Of a DNA stretch of 64,000 nucleotides, positions 13,811 to 28,800 are shown in pieces. The notes beneath the pieces were generated by a model. The model was not told the DNA's origin. It saw only the letters and a list, made by a program, of their open reading frames with translations, and did not search any database. Position numbers and translations under genes: made by a program. This DNA is from Chrysomallon squamiferum (lineage: Eukaryota > Animalia > Mollusca): NCBI GenBank assembly GCA_012295275.1, contig CM022670.1:14136001-14200000 (forward strand), given 5' to 3'. Every line of letters begins with the position of its first letter. Within the stretch, counting starts at the first letter, position 1.

Positions 13811-16386
13811 GTAAGCAACATACTCACTACATGGAATTTACAGTTCATCCAATGAGACGTGAAGGCTGCTGTTTATCTAATAATAGTGTTAATGTTTTAG
13901 TAACTCTTTAAGACAGTGTATCAGAAAAAGAACATTTTATATAACTTATTCAGAGGACAAAAATTACATGGATTTTACAACTTGGCGCACAAATCTGTTT
14001 AAATATGAAGGTAACAGTTGATCATGTTTATATGTAATAGAATTAATCATTTAGTAAGTGTCATTTATTTACTTCAGTTACAAAACTGTACAAGCAACTT
14101 GCTTAACTTTAATTTGGTAATCATTTTAAAGAGTTCTGAAATTGTAATTATATTGTAATAAGTTGGCCATTTGAAGGTTTAAGCACACTTACCATGGTCA
14201 CAATGACATTACTTTTATTTTCTTAATGTAATCTTTTTATTTTTGTATTAGTATTTTGAACATACCAGAAAAATATAGTTTAATTATATAATCCAAAAAC
14301 CATTTCAATCTAAATATGTTTAGAGTTACTTCCATGGAAGATTCAGATAAGATGGTCTCTAACCACAGATCCGAGAGACCTGGGTTTTTAGTTCAGATAC
14401 ATGTATTATAGGAATATAGGAGTAGTTAAAGGTTTAACTAGAAGAAAGATTTAATTGTCTTACAATTTTATACAAGAACAGATTCTAATATTGATCCTAC
14501 TATCAGTCAACGTTTTTTCCAATGTACTTTGAGTCACAAGGCACATCTATGTTAAATAATAATTTCTTTCAGCATGAATTAAAAGAAAATGGTTGGTGTA
14601 TAATCTCACTATCTTGTATTTATATACTGTGAAAATGAATTTACATTTAAGTAGCAGTCATTGTTTATAAAGAGAATTTAAGTATGTGGAACAAAGAAGT
14701 TGTTTTTACTACCGTTAACATTTATGTATCGTGACATTCTTCTGATCATGTGTCATCTATTTAGTGTGATTGATTGATTATTTACCTGCACTCAAAATTC
14801 ATTTAAAGTATTAGATACCTTAGAGGGTTAAAAACTGGAAAGAGAAAACCAAGCCACATGGTGTTTGTTATGATTAAATTAATTTAAAAATTAGTTCATT
14901 TCTTAATCAGGTCTTGTTTTAACAAATAAAATAATTAATCAACTGGAATAGTCATTCATTAGAACTTAATGGTTAAGTTACACAGGTATATGCAACATTC
15001 TATTCTAAATATTTAATTTATCTATTTTTGCTTTGGGCATAACCTTGATAAACCATGTAGCCTTATTTTACTTACAGATAAGTAAAATTGGAGTAGAAAT
15101 TAATTAGTCTTATACAACAGGAGGAAACTGCATAAAACTCCATTAATAATAATTATCTTTAATAGACATCTTATAACTTACCATTTAATATTTCCAAATT
15201 CTTTGACAGACCCTTTTCAGTTTGTTGAATAAATTATTTTCCATTCCAAGGATGGTGGGAGGGAGGGAGAGAGAGATAGAGAGAGAGAAAGTGAGACAGA
15301 GAGAGAGAGAAAGAGAGAGAGAGTGAGAGAGGGAGAGAGAGAGATGAATTATAATAAATGAAAGTATAGTAATAGCACTAATACAGTCATAAAAAGGGAG
15401 ATTGGTTTATTTTTATGAATATGTATTCTACTATACAGTTTATAAACTAACACATAGACTCATAAACATACAGCTAAACTTCACATATTCATTCTGTTCA
15501 GCCTTTCATCCATCTGTCCATCCATAAATAAAACACAATCAGTTTAACCATTTTAACAAAAGGAAAAAACAATAAAGGTGTGCTATTACAGTAACTACGT
15601 CAGTGGAGAAACAAGAGGAAGTGTGGAACAACTTAATTTGTCTCAATGTGACAGCCATAAACACTGGAGGAAGACTTTTTACATAATTGTAATAAATGTC
15701 TAGTTGATTTATTAACATTCTCACAACATTTATTACAGTAAAGGGTTGGAATTTAATTCAGTGACACAGAGTTTTACATGTTGGATGTTACACAGTTATA
15801 AAACTAATGGATTTCTCAGATGCGTATGATCTATATGTTGTGGCCAAGATTTTGGACAAAATAAATAAATGAGTAAACATGTACATCAACATATTTTAAT
15901 ATTAATGGTTAATGTAAAACCACAAGTAATTATTTGTGTAGTGATAATATAAAAGACAAGCTTAAAAGGAAATATGTGTGTGTGTATGTTTGCAAAATAC
16001 ACTGTCAAAAACAAGTCATAAATGGAGTGAATATGGCAACATCCTTTATGGTGTGCATCATATCAACTGCAGTAATGTAACATCTGGTGAATCAGTTTTC
16101 ATTATCTTACATCATTTATGTTAATTTAATAACAATGTGTTTGGTTAGATTACGTACACAGTTACTCAAAATATTTTTGGATGTTTGGAAAATTAAAGAA
16201 AAACTAAATTTTCTGTGACAATTCTTTTTTGTTTTCTGTTTTTCAGTTCATTGTATTTTATAGTTACAATTAACATGATTGTATAAAAAGAATAACGTTG
16301 TCTAATCTATTGTTGATATCAACATTTGATATATATTTTGCAAACACACACATACATTTATCTCATTTACGTAGATAAAAAAATTA

Positions 16387-16420
<34 letters not shown>

Positions 16421-18376
16421 TTCTGTTATATTCTAAATGCTATTTTTAACTGATAACCTTGTATAATCACATACCCATAGAGTGGAAAGCACACATCATG
16501 GTCTTTATTTGTGGAATAGCTGTATGGGAATACAACAAAAGACTGAATACATAATCATGCTTCACACCTGCATTATAAACACAGGTTGTAGTCCGTTCCT
16601 CTGCAGAGGGATACTTACCTGATTTCTAATAAATCAACTCAGTGATTGATTTATTGAAAATGTTATTATCTACTGTTTGGTAGCATACATGTGAAACTCA
16701 TTTTATGATTATATATAGTATAAGTGCCTGAATTTCACAAAGAACTTTGTTGGATTAATTTGCTGTTAAACATACATTGATTATTCAGTATCTTTTTTTC
16801 GAGAATAACTAGTTGATTTCTGTGTGCAGAATTACAACTCTGAATAAATGTTTAAAATGTAAGAGAAAACTACATTAGCTGTGTGTATCAGAATAGGAAC
16901 TGGAGGTGTCAACCATCTACTTTTTTTCTAGAATAATAGTTATATACTTGTTTTAAAGATTTTATTTGCATTGTAAGGTTTGGGCAGAATATGTTGCTGG
17001 TCTGTAGCTAAAACAGACTTTTAATGCATAAAGGGAACACAAATCAATGCATCAGCACCGTTTTGATGCAAACGCAAAAAATACGATAAAACTGTCTGCT
17101 CAAAATACAGTAAAAATACTGAAAATTATTATGAAAATTAATCGTTCTGGAACACTAATTCCATGAAACTACTATTCTAATTTTAAAATCAAACTTCAAA
17201 TACAGTAGGAGACCAGCATAAAAGAAGTTTTATAACTAATAAAAACAAGTAATAGCAGTTGAATTTCCGTAAAATTTCACAAATACCTGAACAATGTTTT
17301 ATTAAATTTTTTTCTTTCTTTATCTAGTTTTTTGTTGTTAAAGATTCATTTAGACTCAGTAAAATTTGTAAAAATACTTACATACATGTTACTGTTGTAT
17401 TTGTTTATGTAAGTGAGTAATTTCTACGACAGAAATATTGGACTTGTGCTCAACCATTTTATTTTGGTTGTGGCGAAATCTACACAGGACTTCATCAGTA
17501 AATAGTTTCTCCAAATTCCATCCTATTGTTTCTAAATTTATGTTAATTGAAATGAAATTAATCAAGCTTTCCAGTGGGCACAGTCACGAATGTATTGGAC
17601 ACCCATGCACCTGTAGTCAATAGCTATTTAATTTAACATTTATAAATGCTGTTTACATTAACACATATGATATATTGGAAACCAAAGAATTACTGTCAGT
17701 TTTTAGACGTATCTGAATCATTCCATTGACAGGCAAATCAGATTAATTATTTTCATTTTGGATTTATTATTACAACTGTTTTGTAACGTGCTATATTTGT
17801 GCTTGTGTGTTTTGTGGCAATGATATTTTATTTTATTTTATTTTATTTTATTTTATTTATTTTCAGCCGATGATAAATGCTTTTAAAATGTAAAATTGTT
17901 AAAATAAGATACAAAATAAAAACAGTTTTTTTTAAATATCAAAATGTTCATTTTGCATTTAATTAATGAACTGAAATTATGTATCACGTTTGAGTTGATT
18001 GAAAAAGAAAAAAAATATAATAAAAATATAGGTGTCATGTAAATCTGCATGTAAACCTGAGAGATATGTGCAATAGTGTGTGCATGTCAGTGCCAAGTGC
18101 CGGAACCAGTCCACTTCTTGTTTTGTTCTGTTTTACAATTATAAAGTATTCATTTTGGCCACGAAATCAATGTTAGAAAGCCGCAACGTGCATGGCATTC
18201 CTACGCTATGGGTGTGGCCATCTTGGATAAATGCGATGCACCTGTTTGTGCATCGGTGATGTTGCTGTTATTTATAAAACAGACATAATGATTGTCGCGA
18301 AGTGGAAGAAAACAGACGGTATTATAGGTAATATAGGGACTTGGAAATTGCATTGCCAATTTTTATTTTATTACTA

Positions 18377-18409
<33 letters not shown>

Positions 18410-19863
18410 GATTATTATTATTATTATTGTGTTTTGGATAAAAAAAACAATTCAAAATGACTTCAAGTTAAAGCCAGTAAAATCTGTAAGAATATATTAT
18501 AGATAATGCATACAGATGTCTGTAGAAACTAAAGAGTCCCATAAAAACAGCTATAATGTGATGTGATGTACATTCAGAGTAGACTGCATCCATTTTATAT
18601 AAAAACTACTTCATGTTTCAAGTTATCTATAAAATTAATCTGTGAAAACTGCTTTTGTCATATGATGACTGCTGAGTCATTATTGTATCAGCATTACAAA
18701 CACTATAATACTCAGAAGGGGATTTAGATTTCTCAACAGGTATTTGACTAGATAATCTCTGATTATCTGCCTGTGATATTGCTATGGTTTGTCTACATTT
18801 GTACGCAGCAAATAAACAGTTTTTGCTCGTTTCATTTTATGATCAGGTGACATTATATTTATAAATATGTCACTTTTGTCATAATACATATGAAAAAATC
18901 TCAGTGATTAAATTATTAGCTATAATGCTTTAATTTTTTAGCTTGACAACTGCATCATGTATTATTAAATTAAAAAATAATGACTATTTGACAAGCCTAT
19001 TAGTAGTGTACTGACTTGTACATTGATTACTGTTCTTGAAAACTTTTTAAATATGAATACAGCTAATGAATAATATTTATAACAGTGTGAAAAGTTAGCT
19101 GATAAATTTTAAATTATTTTATAATGAATGTACATGTTTTTGTGGACTTGTTACAGCATATACAATAAGTGTGTTTCTTCATTTTTTTCACTTTTTCTTT
19201 TTTTTCCCTTTTCTTTGTCAGTTTTGGTTTCTTTTTTCTTTCAGTCTTCTGGTTTCTCTCTATAATTCTTTATATATCTTAAATGAATAGGTGCTGCTAT
19301 AAAACTAGAATTTTTTGTTCTGATGACTTTTTATTTTCCTGCAGTTTTTTAAACAGTAGTCCTAAATTTAATATAAATGTTTACCTATAATGTGCTTGAA
19401 ATGTCAGTTTTAAAACTGGTAACAAGGTGCATTAACAAGTTTGAATGAATAGCAAGAAATATGTTAGTTGTATATTGGTCCATTATTACAGTTCAGTGGT
19501 CTTTGTTATGCAATCCGAATATCCAGTTGACTAGAACCTTTAGTTTAAAAATTACACCTGAACATTTTTATTTACATATTCTGCAAACAAGATGGCCTAT
19601 TCCAAAGTTTTAAATTATTTCTGTGCGAACATATTGTGCTTTATTAAAACAGCATTTTGCAGAGTATGCCTGTCTTAAGTACACAGTATTAGCATGCTTG
19701 TCATGCCCAGATCATAATGCTGTCTACCCTTTGATAAAACAATATTAGTTTATTAAAAAGGAATCCAGAACTTCCCTAGTTAGAGTATTAGCTGTATCAG
19801 GATGTGATCCTCAGTTCTACTGACCCATAATCTGATAACTTAGCCATTGCACATAAATTATGT

Positions 19864-19898
<35 letters not shown>

Positions 19899-22800
19899 AA
19901 AAAAACAAAAAAGATAAAAAAAACATTGCTTGATTTCAAGACCCTTGCCATCCCAGACATATAGTAACTATTATTTATACATATGTGTTACGTGATTACA
20001 CAGATATTTTCACATTCCTGCTGTCTTACATTTATGTTGAACTTATGGGCAGGTTTACATTACATACCACAGGACCTGAGTATTGTATGGATGTAATCTT
20101 TATAACTGCTTAGCCAGCTTTCCTGTGAGGAAAACCTGTGTATACACTTGGCTGCCTCCCTTTGTTATTGCCTAAAGAAAAATATGGACAGAATATGGCT
20201 GATGACAACTCAGCATATTTTATTAGAGTATAATTTAAAGACACTTCATTATATTTTGTATTATTAGCCAAATTAGGTATAGTTTCCATGATTTTGTCAT
20301 CATAATACAAACAAAGAAATCTGTATGTCACCCCATGAGCTATTCTTACAAATTAACAGTAAGGGATCATTATATATACTTTACTATTTACTATGTGTAG
20401 AACCAAAAAAAAATTAAAAACATTACTAGATAGTATTATAGTGTTATTTTGTAATAAACACTTTTGAAAAACAAAAATTGGTCCTATAACTTATTGCTCT
20501 TTACATAAATATACAGCTAAATGTTTATAATTGTAGTCCTTTGTACATCTGTAATGCAGTTTTCTTACCTATGTAAAATATGTCAGGTGTGTCAGACACT
20601 CTGCTTAGGTATACAGCAGACTAACAACATACACAATAATGTTGCTGCAATATATATATTGAGATCTTTTTTTTTTCTAATGGTTGGTTTCAGATTTCAT
20701 CGATCTTAGAGAGTATTGTGATTTTGCAATGTTATAGTTTTAAAGACAGTGGTGAAAAAGGAAGATAAAAAAGAAAATTTTCAATAATACTTCAGCCTCA
20801 ACGAACAATAATTATTAGGTATTTTCAGAATACACATTAGACAACCCCCCCAAAATAAAAAATCCACTGGAAAAAAAGAACAATAAACAATTCAAAAATA
20901 AGATATATTATTAGTGTTTTCTAATTAATAACAAATAGGCCCAAATTTATTTCAAAAAAATAATTAGTTATTTATTGCTTGGCAATACATACCTCCAAGC
21001 AAATTTCTATAATGACGTAATACTAGTATTTCATAAGAGGCCATATTCAGATAAATTTATACTCTCAAATCTACTCAGAATAATCATCTGCTAATTGGAA
21101 GATTGATTAATTGATTTCTGTGAGCAAAATGATAGTCGTTATCAAATCTAGAGAATGTAAGTGAATGCTTCAGCTGTGTGTATCAAGACCGTATGTTGTG
21201 TGTCATAATGATGAAGACTTTGCAAAATCTGTATGTATCACTGTCACAGCATGTCATAAGCACAGAATACGGAAAGGCAGTGTTGTTCAAGCAGTGTTTG
21301 TCTTTGAGATAACACTCAGGGACTGTTAAATTATCAAAATGAACTCAAAGCATGCAGGGACAGCATTATTAGTGTAGGAAAAAATAATCAGTCTCTGGAG
21401 ATGTGGATGACAATGATTATGATGTTGTTGTAACAGAAGACTCTAATTCTCGAAGCTTGTTGGACAGACAGGACACACAGTAGTCAGTGAACTGTTGATT
21501 CACCTGCCAGTGTTTTCTTTCTGTCTGAACTGAATTGTTAAGGTGGTAGTGTTGTTTTCTACCTTGATCAGATTGTTGACAGTGTTTTTCTTACCTTGAA
21601 ATTCACATGTTTGAAGAAAAAAAATCAGGGTAGTTTTCGGATTGATACCTTAGTTTTGTTTGTGTATAAACTTGTTTGTGACATTCTTTTTTGTTTCTTG
21701 GAAATATAGTAGGATTGGAATATTGGAGTAGTTTGGATTGAGCATTGGAGTTTTGTTTGTAATTTATTTATATCAGTTATTTCTTTTTCTCTTTTTGACC
21801 TGTGAATGTTTTCATCTGAAAGCAGATGCATGAACTTAAGTTTTCTGTTCTCATAATACCTGTATGTCATGCATCAGTTGTTTTGTTTATGTTTGGGTTC
21901 TGACAGTCTAACTGTACACTTAGAGTGGAATGTATTAAGTTTCAGAAACCTTTTTCAGTTAGTTATCTATTGTTGATAACATAATTTGTGATAATTTCTG
22001 CAGAAGAAATTCAATGTTGAATAAATTTGAAAGCAAGATTTTTTCTGGCATTAAACAGAACATTCTCTATATAGATGTGTTTATGTTCACTGGATTTCAA
22101 AAGCTGTGTTTTGTCCATTTTATATCATAATTGTGTGATAACTGAATATATGGAAAATACACTGATAATCCATTTACTAAAATGTCCTCTGTAACATTTT
22201 TAACCCTTTGTTTTTGCAGGATTTATTGTTTTGCTAATGTTCCCTAGGCTAATTCTGTTATTTTTCAGAGATATGAAACAATGCAAACTTTGTTGGTTTT
22301 TATGTTAATTTTAAAATAGCTGTAACATTCTTACTAAGAAAAATTGTGTTATTTTTTTTTTTTTTATGACTTTTGGTATGTTAATTTTAACTTGAAAAAG
22401 ACTTTGACATTGTCTCATTTATGGTCAGTTTTTGTTTCATTAACTTTGTTTCTTTTTCAAGGAGACATTGTTTGCCTATTAATTAACATTAAAAAAAAAA
22501 ATTGTGACAACACATAACGTACATATACAGTACTTTGAATTTTGACTTGATCACATTCTCTGAACACTGTAGACTTCAGACTTTAGCAACTTTGTCCATG
22601 TTGTTTTATTTTTAACACTAAATATATTAGGATTTAACATTGTCAAAAGTTTATTTTTAACACCATCAGGGCATTCTCCTTGTCACGTTAACATCTTCTT
22701 TTGGAAGTTGTTTATTCTGTTTTGGGATATTTATGTCCACAAACAAACAGAAGTTTTAAGAAAGAAATCAGTAACTTGGAATTCCAGAGTTGAGACCTAA

Positions 22801-25800
22801 CACATGCCATTATAAAAATACTCCCCCCCAAAAAAACAACAACAATACAAACAGATAAATGACCTCTGTGTCAGGCTTATAATATCTGGTTTATTATGTT
22901 CATGATAATCCTGCACAGTTGTTTTAGGAGTTTCTTACCAGTGTTGTTATCTCCAGTGACTGATCACAGAAGTCAGAATAGTTATAAATAGATTCTTCCA
23001 CCAGACTGCTGTTGTGACTATTATTATAAACCAGGGTGAAAGCAGTTACAAAAATTGAACCTATCACAATGGAGGTAAACACCTGTTGGTTCATTCATTC
23101 AGTGTTTATTTATTATTGTCAATTTTTCTGAACTTTTTTTCTTTCACAGGAATTAGATTACTGGACAGATTTATTGCTTTTTCCCAGCCATTATTAAAGG
23201 ATTTTGTCCATCAAAGCATTTTATGAGAACTGACCAGTTGACACTGCAGTGCTATAGTCATGTTTGCTCTGTTTAGTATTTAAAATGTGAAGACAAAAAT
23301 ATCAAGGTGTATTATTCAGAGTGCAGTTGACACAATATTGTTATTTCATATCTAATTAGTTTTGTTGTGGGAGTTGTTTTAGCATTTTCTTGTTCTCATT
23401 TTTTCCACACATTAACTGTAGGTATGTTTTTTGTTTTTGTTCTGTTTTGTTAGTGAATATCTCTGTAACTAGTTTGAGTTTCAAAAGTGGAAGAACTTTG
23501 TTATCTGTTTCAAACTGACAGAAAAGTACATTTATCTTTGATACACTGAAACCAAAAACATTAAAAGAAGATTGTTCACTAAAAAGAAAAGACCGCAATA
23601 AAAAGAGACTGAACCAAAATCGCTAACTGAAATATGAATGTGCCAACAGCCTGTACCCTGATAGGAAGATTTCATTAAAAGGAGACTACACTGAAAACAC
23701 TGTAAACAAAAAGTCTTTATGTTCTAAAAGACTGCAATACATAAGGACTATGATTATATACATTTCTATAGGTAATTACTGTATTGTGCTCTAAATTAAG
23801 ACTTCATTAAAAGAACTTGTTAATCAAGATAAGAAAACGAGTAAAATAAGATTTTAGATTAAGTGAAGATTGTGCCTGAAATGACAATTGCACCATTATA
23901 TTAAAAGAAAATTATGCAACAAAACTAGGAGTGATATCAAAAAAGAAATCCTGTGATGAATTAGGTGTACTCTCAGTGTACAGACTGGTGAAACATCAAA
24001 GAAGAAGACATTTTAAATAATACACAATTTACTGTCAGAAGAAACAAAATGAATTCATATTCTGGATATACATACAACAAACTGCCGGTAAAGTTATTTA
24101 GTGATTGTAAATTTATTATATTTTGTTAATAATAATGTTATTATATTATAGTAAAATATTAATTATCTTTATAGACATTTGCATTTTTGGAATTGGTATT
24201 ATTTAATGAGTTTTGAAATATTATTATTATTATTATTATTGCATACATGTTTATCTTATTTAATGGTAATGTTATAAATTGATTTTAAACTTTATATTAT
24301 TTAGTTAATGTAATATATTAATACACTGGTATTAATGTTAAGTATTTAAAAAAAAAAAATGTATTTACTTATTTAAGTTATGATTCATTATTAAAATGAC
24401 ACTTGAATAATATTTAAAATAAAATATATTTACATAGTGATGAAGGTAATGTGGTACAAACTGTGTGTTATGTCATTACCGAGGTATTTGCAAATAATTT
24501 GATATATATATATATATATTCTTTTTTTTAAATACTTATTTTATTTTTGATGATTTTAATTTGTTTCACATATGCTTTTTATTTCATTTTCAAATAAAAT
24601 GTTTGTTAATCAGTATTGTTTTCTATCTTTTTTGACTTGTAATTTATATTAATGAAATGTGCTATGTCAGCAAATTAATTACTTTTTTATTATCTTGCTC
24701 ATTTTACCAACAGTTTTTTTTAGATAATAATTGTATTAGTATGAATATTAGTAAAGTTATTTTTACTGCAAATGGAGTATTAGTGCTACAGTTACCATCA
24801 CTATAACCCTGCTGATGATAATAACAATTATAGTCATGACAGTAGCAACAGAAATAATTATAGTATTAAGACCATCAATAGTGTTTGAATGCTGCTGTTG
24901 TTTCTCATAACAGCAACCACAGTAATGATAATAACATAGCATTAGCAGTAGCAAAAATAATAATAGAAAACAAAGAGTTCCACTCATTAATACTATTTCT
25001 GTACAGAAAATAAATAATTCTGCTGTAAATTACATTTATTAAATGTCATTGAGGTTTGTATAAGACAACAGGTGGTTATTAACATGTTGTTAAATCAAAG
25101 TATGTAGAAATCATATTTCCCTTTAAGAAAAATCTATTAGACATGATACATCTGTACAAATAAAGTAGGCGTGTGGGAAGATGTTTTAGTACCTAGTAAT
25201 AATATGTGTGACTTTCCCATAATACACTAATAATATCAGTAGCAATAGTAGATGTACATAATAATATCAGTAGCAATAGTAGATGTAGTCATAGTAGTAG
25301 TAATAGTAGTAGTAGTACTTGTAACAATAATAATGTAATAATAATAATAATAACAACAACAACAACAATAATAATACATAGTAAAAGTCAATTATTATTA
25401 TTATTATTACTGTTATAAATATAATAAATAAATAAATAACAAAGACTGCAACAGCAGAGATACATTCTTGGTATAGTTCTGATTTATTGCTAGTAGTTAT
25501 ATTGTATTAGTAGGAATTTGTATCAATATAGTCTTGGTATCATTCTGATTTATTGCCAGTAGTCATAGTTGAAGTTGTAGTAGTAGGAAATGAATGTTAA
25601 TGATGATAGTAGTATTGCCTATAGTTGTAGTAGTAGTGGGCAGCAGCAGCAGCAGCAGCTCCTGTATTATTATTATTATAAAAAGTGTAGTTGTGGTATT
25701 TGTAGTAGCAGTAACAGTAATTTGCTGAAAATATAAATCCATACCAAAATTTAGAACTGACATTAAGTACTGTTTATGGTAAAAATAAACATTGTCATAA

Positions 25801-28800
25801 TTTTTTTTTTTTTTACTTTAAGAAGGTTATTTAGACATTTAGAATGGAATGGCAGAAATCTGATTACAAAAATATTTTTTTTAACAAACATTTATGAAAC
25901 AGTCAGACAAAAATGTTGAATTAGGTCAGACATACAGACTTAGTTAAACAGAGCTAGCCAACATATTAATGCAAATTTTTTTTTTTTTTTATTCCAAAAA
26001 GAATTTGATAGAAAATAATTAAATTTGATATAAATAAGAAGACAGAAATATTTAAAAAAATGTGGAATGTTATTAAATTTAAATAAAACTTATTATGACT
26101 TGTATATTATAAGAAAGTATTTATATTTATAAAGGTCAAAGGGCATGTAAAATACTGTGGTTTTTAATGGAACCACAGACAGAAGAAACCCAGTGTGTAC
26201 ATGGTATGCATTATATGTCAGTGGTTAAACTTGAGTTTGTCTGGTTTGCCCATCTGATAATCCCACCACCTGAGGGTGCAATAAAATTTGTTGTTACTTC
26301 AGCATGACATAATTTATCCTTTCATAAAGATTGTTTAGCTGATTATTCTACAGTGCAGATCAGTCAGTACAATCACACAGTATTTACTTGTTGTGTTTGG
26401 AAGACACTGGTCTTGTAATGGACTTTTTAAGAAGAGTGTTCACAAAACTGAGGTTTTCTAATGAAGAGTCAGAAACATTATTATTAGAGGTAGAAAGATT
26501 TGTAATTTTATTTATTTTCAGAAATATTCTATTATTTGTAATGTAAGTTTTATATTTTAGATGTTGAGGGTTCTGTTTTAATAATTTATTATTTACATGT
26601 GTGGTGGATGTACAGTTGATATAGATATAAATACATGAAATGATATTTCATTGTATATGCCTACTTATTTTTTATCTTTTAAATTGCAGGTTCTGCTGGA
26701 AGAGAAAGAGGCCCTTATCAACTACAGACCCACAGAAACAAATCCAGGACTTTTGGTTGATAAAATTGGAGACATGGGCTATGATGTCAAAGTTAAAGAA
26801 ATTCAGACTCGGAACCCTGAGTATGATGTTGATGCACCTGTGAAAGACACACTTATTGACATTGATGGCATGACATGTATGTCATGTGTCAGAACAATAG
26901 AAGGAATGATATCCAAACTGGATGGAATTCAGAAAATCACAGTTTCACTGGAAAACAAATCTGCAGCAGTGTCGTATGATCCTTCCAAGTTGTCTCCAAA
27001 CAAAATTGCCAGTGAGATTGATGACATAGGATTTGATGCTAAGGTTCACAACTCACATCCAATGCATGACACTGTAATAATACATGTTGAAGGAATGACG
27101 TGTCAGTCATGTGTCAAAACTATTGAAGCTAACCTGTCATCAAAAGATGGGGTTAAAGAAGTCAAAGTCTCTCTTTCAGAAAAAGAAGCCTTTGTTGTTT
27201 ATGATCCAAAGAAAACCAATCCTGAGGTTCTGCGTTCAGACATTGATGACATGGGATTCACAGGATCATTGTCATCAGGTGCATCCAGTGATGACGAATT
27301 CGAGGATATCGTGTGGAGAAGACGAAGCGAAATGGATCTTGACAAATCATCCAAAGAATCTGAATGTGTCATTGACATTGATGGGATGACCTGTGGATCA
27401 TGTGTGAAAAATATTGAAAATAATATATCATTCCGAAAGGGTATTCAAGGAATAATTGTGTCTTTAGAGAACAAAAATGGTGTCATCCGTTATGATAATA
27501 CATTGACGCATCCCAAAACAATAGCTGGAATGATCGATGACATGGGATTTGAAGCCAAAGTTGTCAGTGATCAGGTTGTCCCAGTAACAAGAAAAGCACG
27601 ACTCTCACATGTAATCATACAGATACGAGGAATGACTTGTCAGTCTTGTGTGAAAACGATAGAGGATAAAATCGGTGATCATCGAGGAGTGAAGAAAATA
27701 AAAGTTTCGTTGTTGGATGAAATTGCAGAGGTGACATATTATTATGATAAAGTGGGACCAAAAATGTTGTGTGAAGCAATCTGCGAAATGGGATTTGAGG
27801 CCTCTCTGCCAGGTGATTGACATTTAAATATCTTTGGTTGATAAATAAATAAATAAATAAATAAATAAAAAAACTAAAAGAAAAAACAAGTAAGCATGAA
27901 AGAAAGAAGAAAAAAGAAAAAAGAAATTACGATATGCATTTGAGATTAGAATGTGTGTATATGTGTGTGTGTCTGTGTGTGTGAGTGTGTGTATGTGTGT
28001 GGTAATAACAAAATGAAATAAAATTAATATGAAATAATAATACAATACAGTGGTAATCAGTTACAAAAATTATCAGGAGCCCTGAAAATTATTATTATTA
28101 GTCTTTTTTCATTTTTATGTCTGAATGTATGCATGCTTGAAAAAGACATACTGAACAAAATTTTTATTAATAATAAGTTTTTTGAAAAAAAATAAACCAC
28201 AACAAAAACAAACTACAAAACAATTCTGAAGAAAAATGAAAATGACTGAAAAAATTTAATTAAAGATAATGTTGCCCTTTAACAAACAAGTATGTAACAC
28301 TGTTAAGAAAGGTCTTGATACGTAGAATTAATTTTGTGTTTCTTCTTTTTCATAAGTTTTTGTTTTTCTTCACAGTTGGTAACAAATATTTGGAACCAAA
28401 GATTAAATTTTTGAATGGTGTAACACCGTCAGCCTCACAGACATCAGTGAAATTCCAAAGCGACTGTGAAATTGAAGTTGAAGAGTTTGAGAAATGTTAC
28501 CTCAAGGTCACTGGAATGACCTGTGCTTCCTGTGTTGCTACGATAGAGAAAAACATTGGAAAAATAGAAGGTAAATATAATTTACTTATATGTACTGAAC
28601 AGTTAATTACTCACAGATTGATAACTGAATAAGTATTGTGTTGGTTGGGAAAAGTTCTTATCTCAAGGTTACTAGAATGACCGTGCTTCCTGATTGAGAA
28701 ATATAGAAGGTACTTATAGTTAATTATACAGAGACTGATATTTGAATAAATATTGTGTTGGATGAGAATGGTTCTTATCTCCAGGTCATGGTCTGAATTC

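Noticed and set aside
9380-14840. GGGTTAA ends (9392, 14825, 38457) as piggyBac-like termini
   Set aside because: No matching opposite termini were identified by eye
15974-16358. Imperfect inverted repeat (tgtgtg...tttgcaaaata / tattttgcaaacacaca) as a MITE
   Set aside because: Mostly made of CA/TG microsatellite, with no clear TSD
21388-21483. Coding-looking stretch [31 protein letters not shown]
   Set aside because: In-frame stop immediately upstream, no ATG or good acceptor, and no recognisable homology
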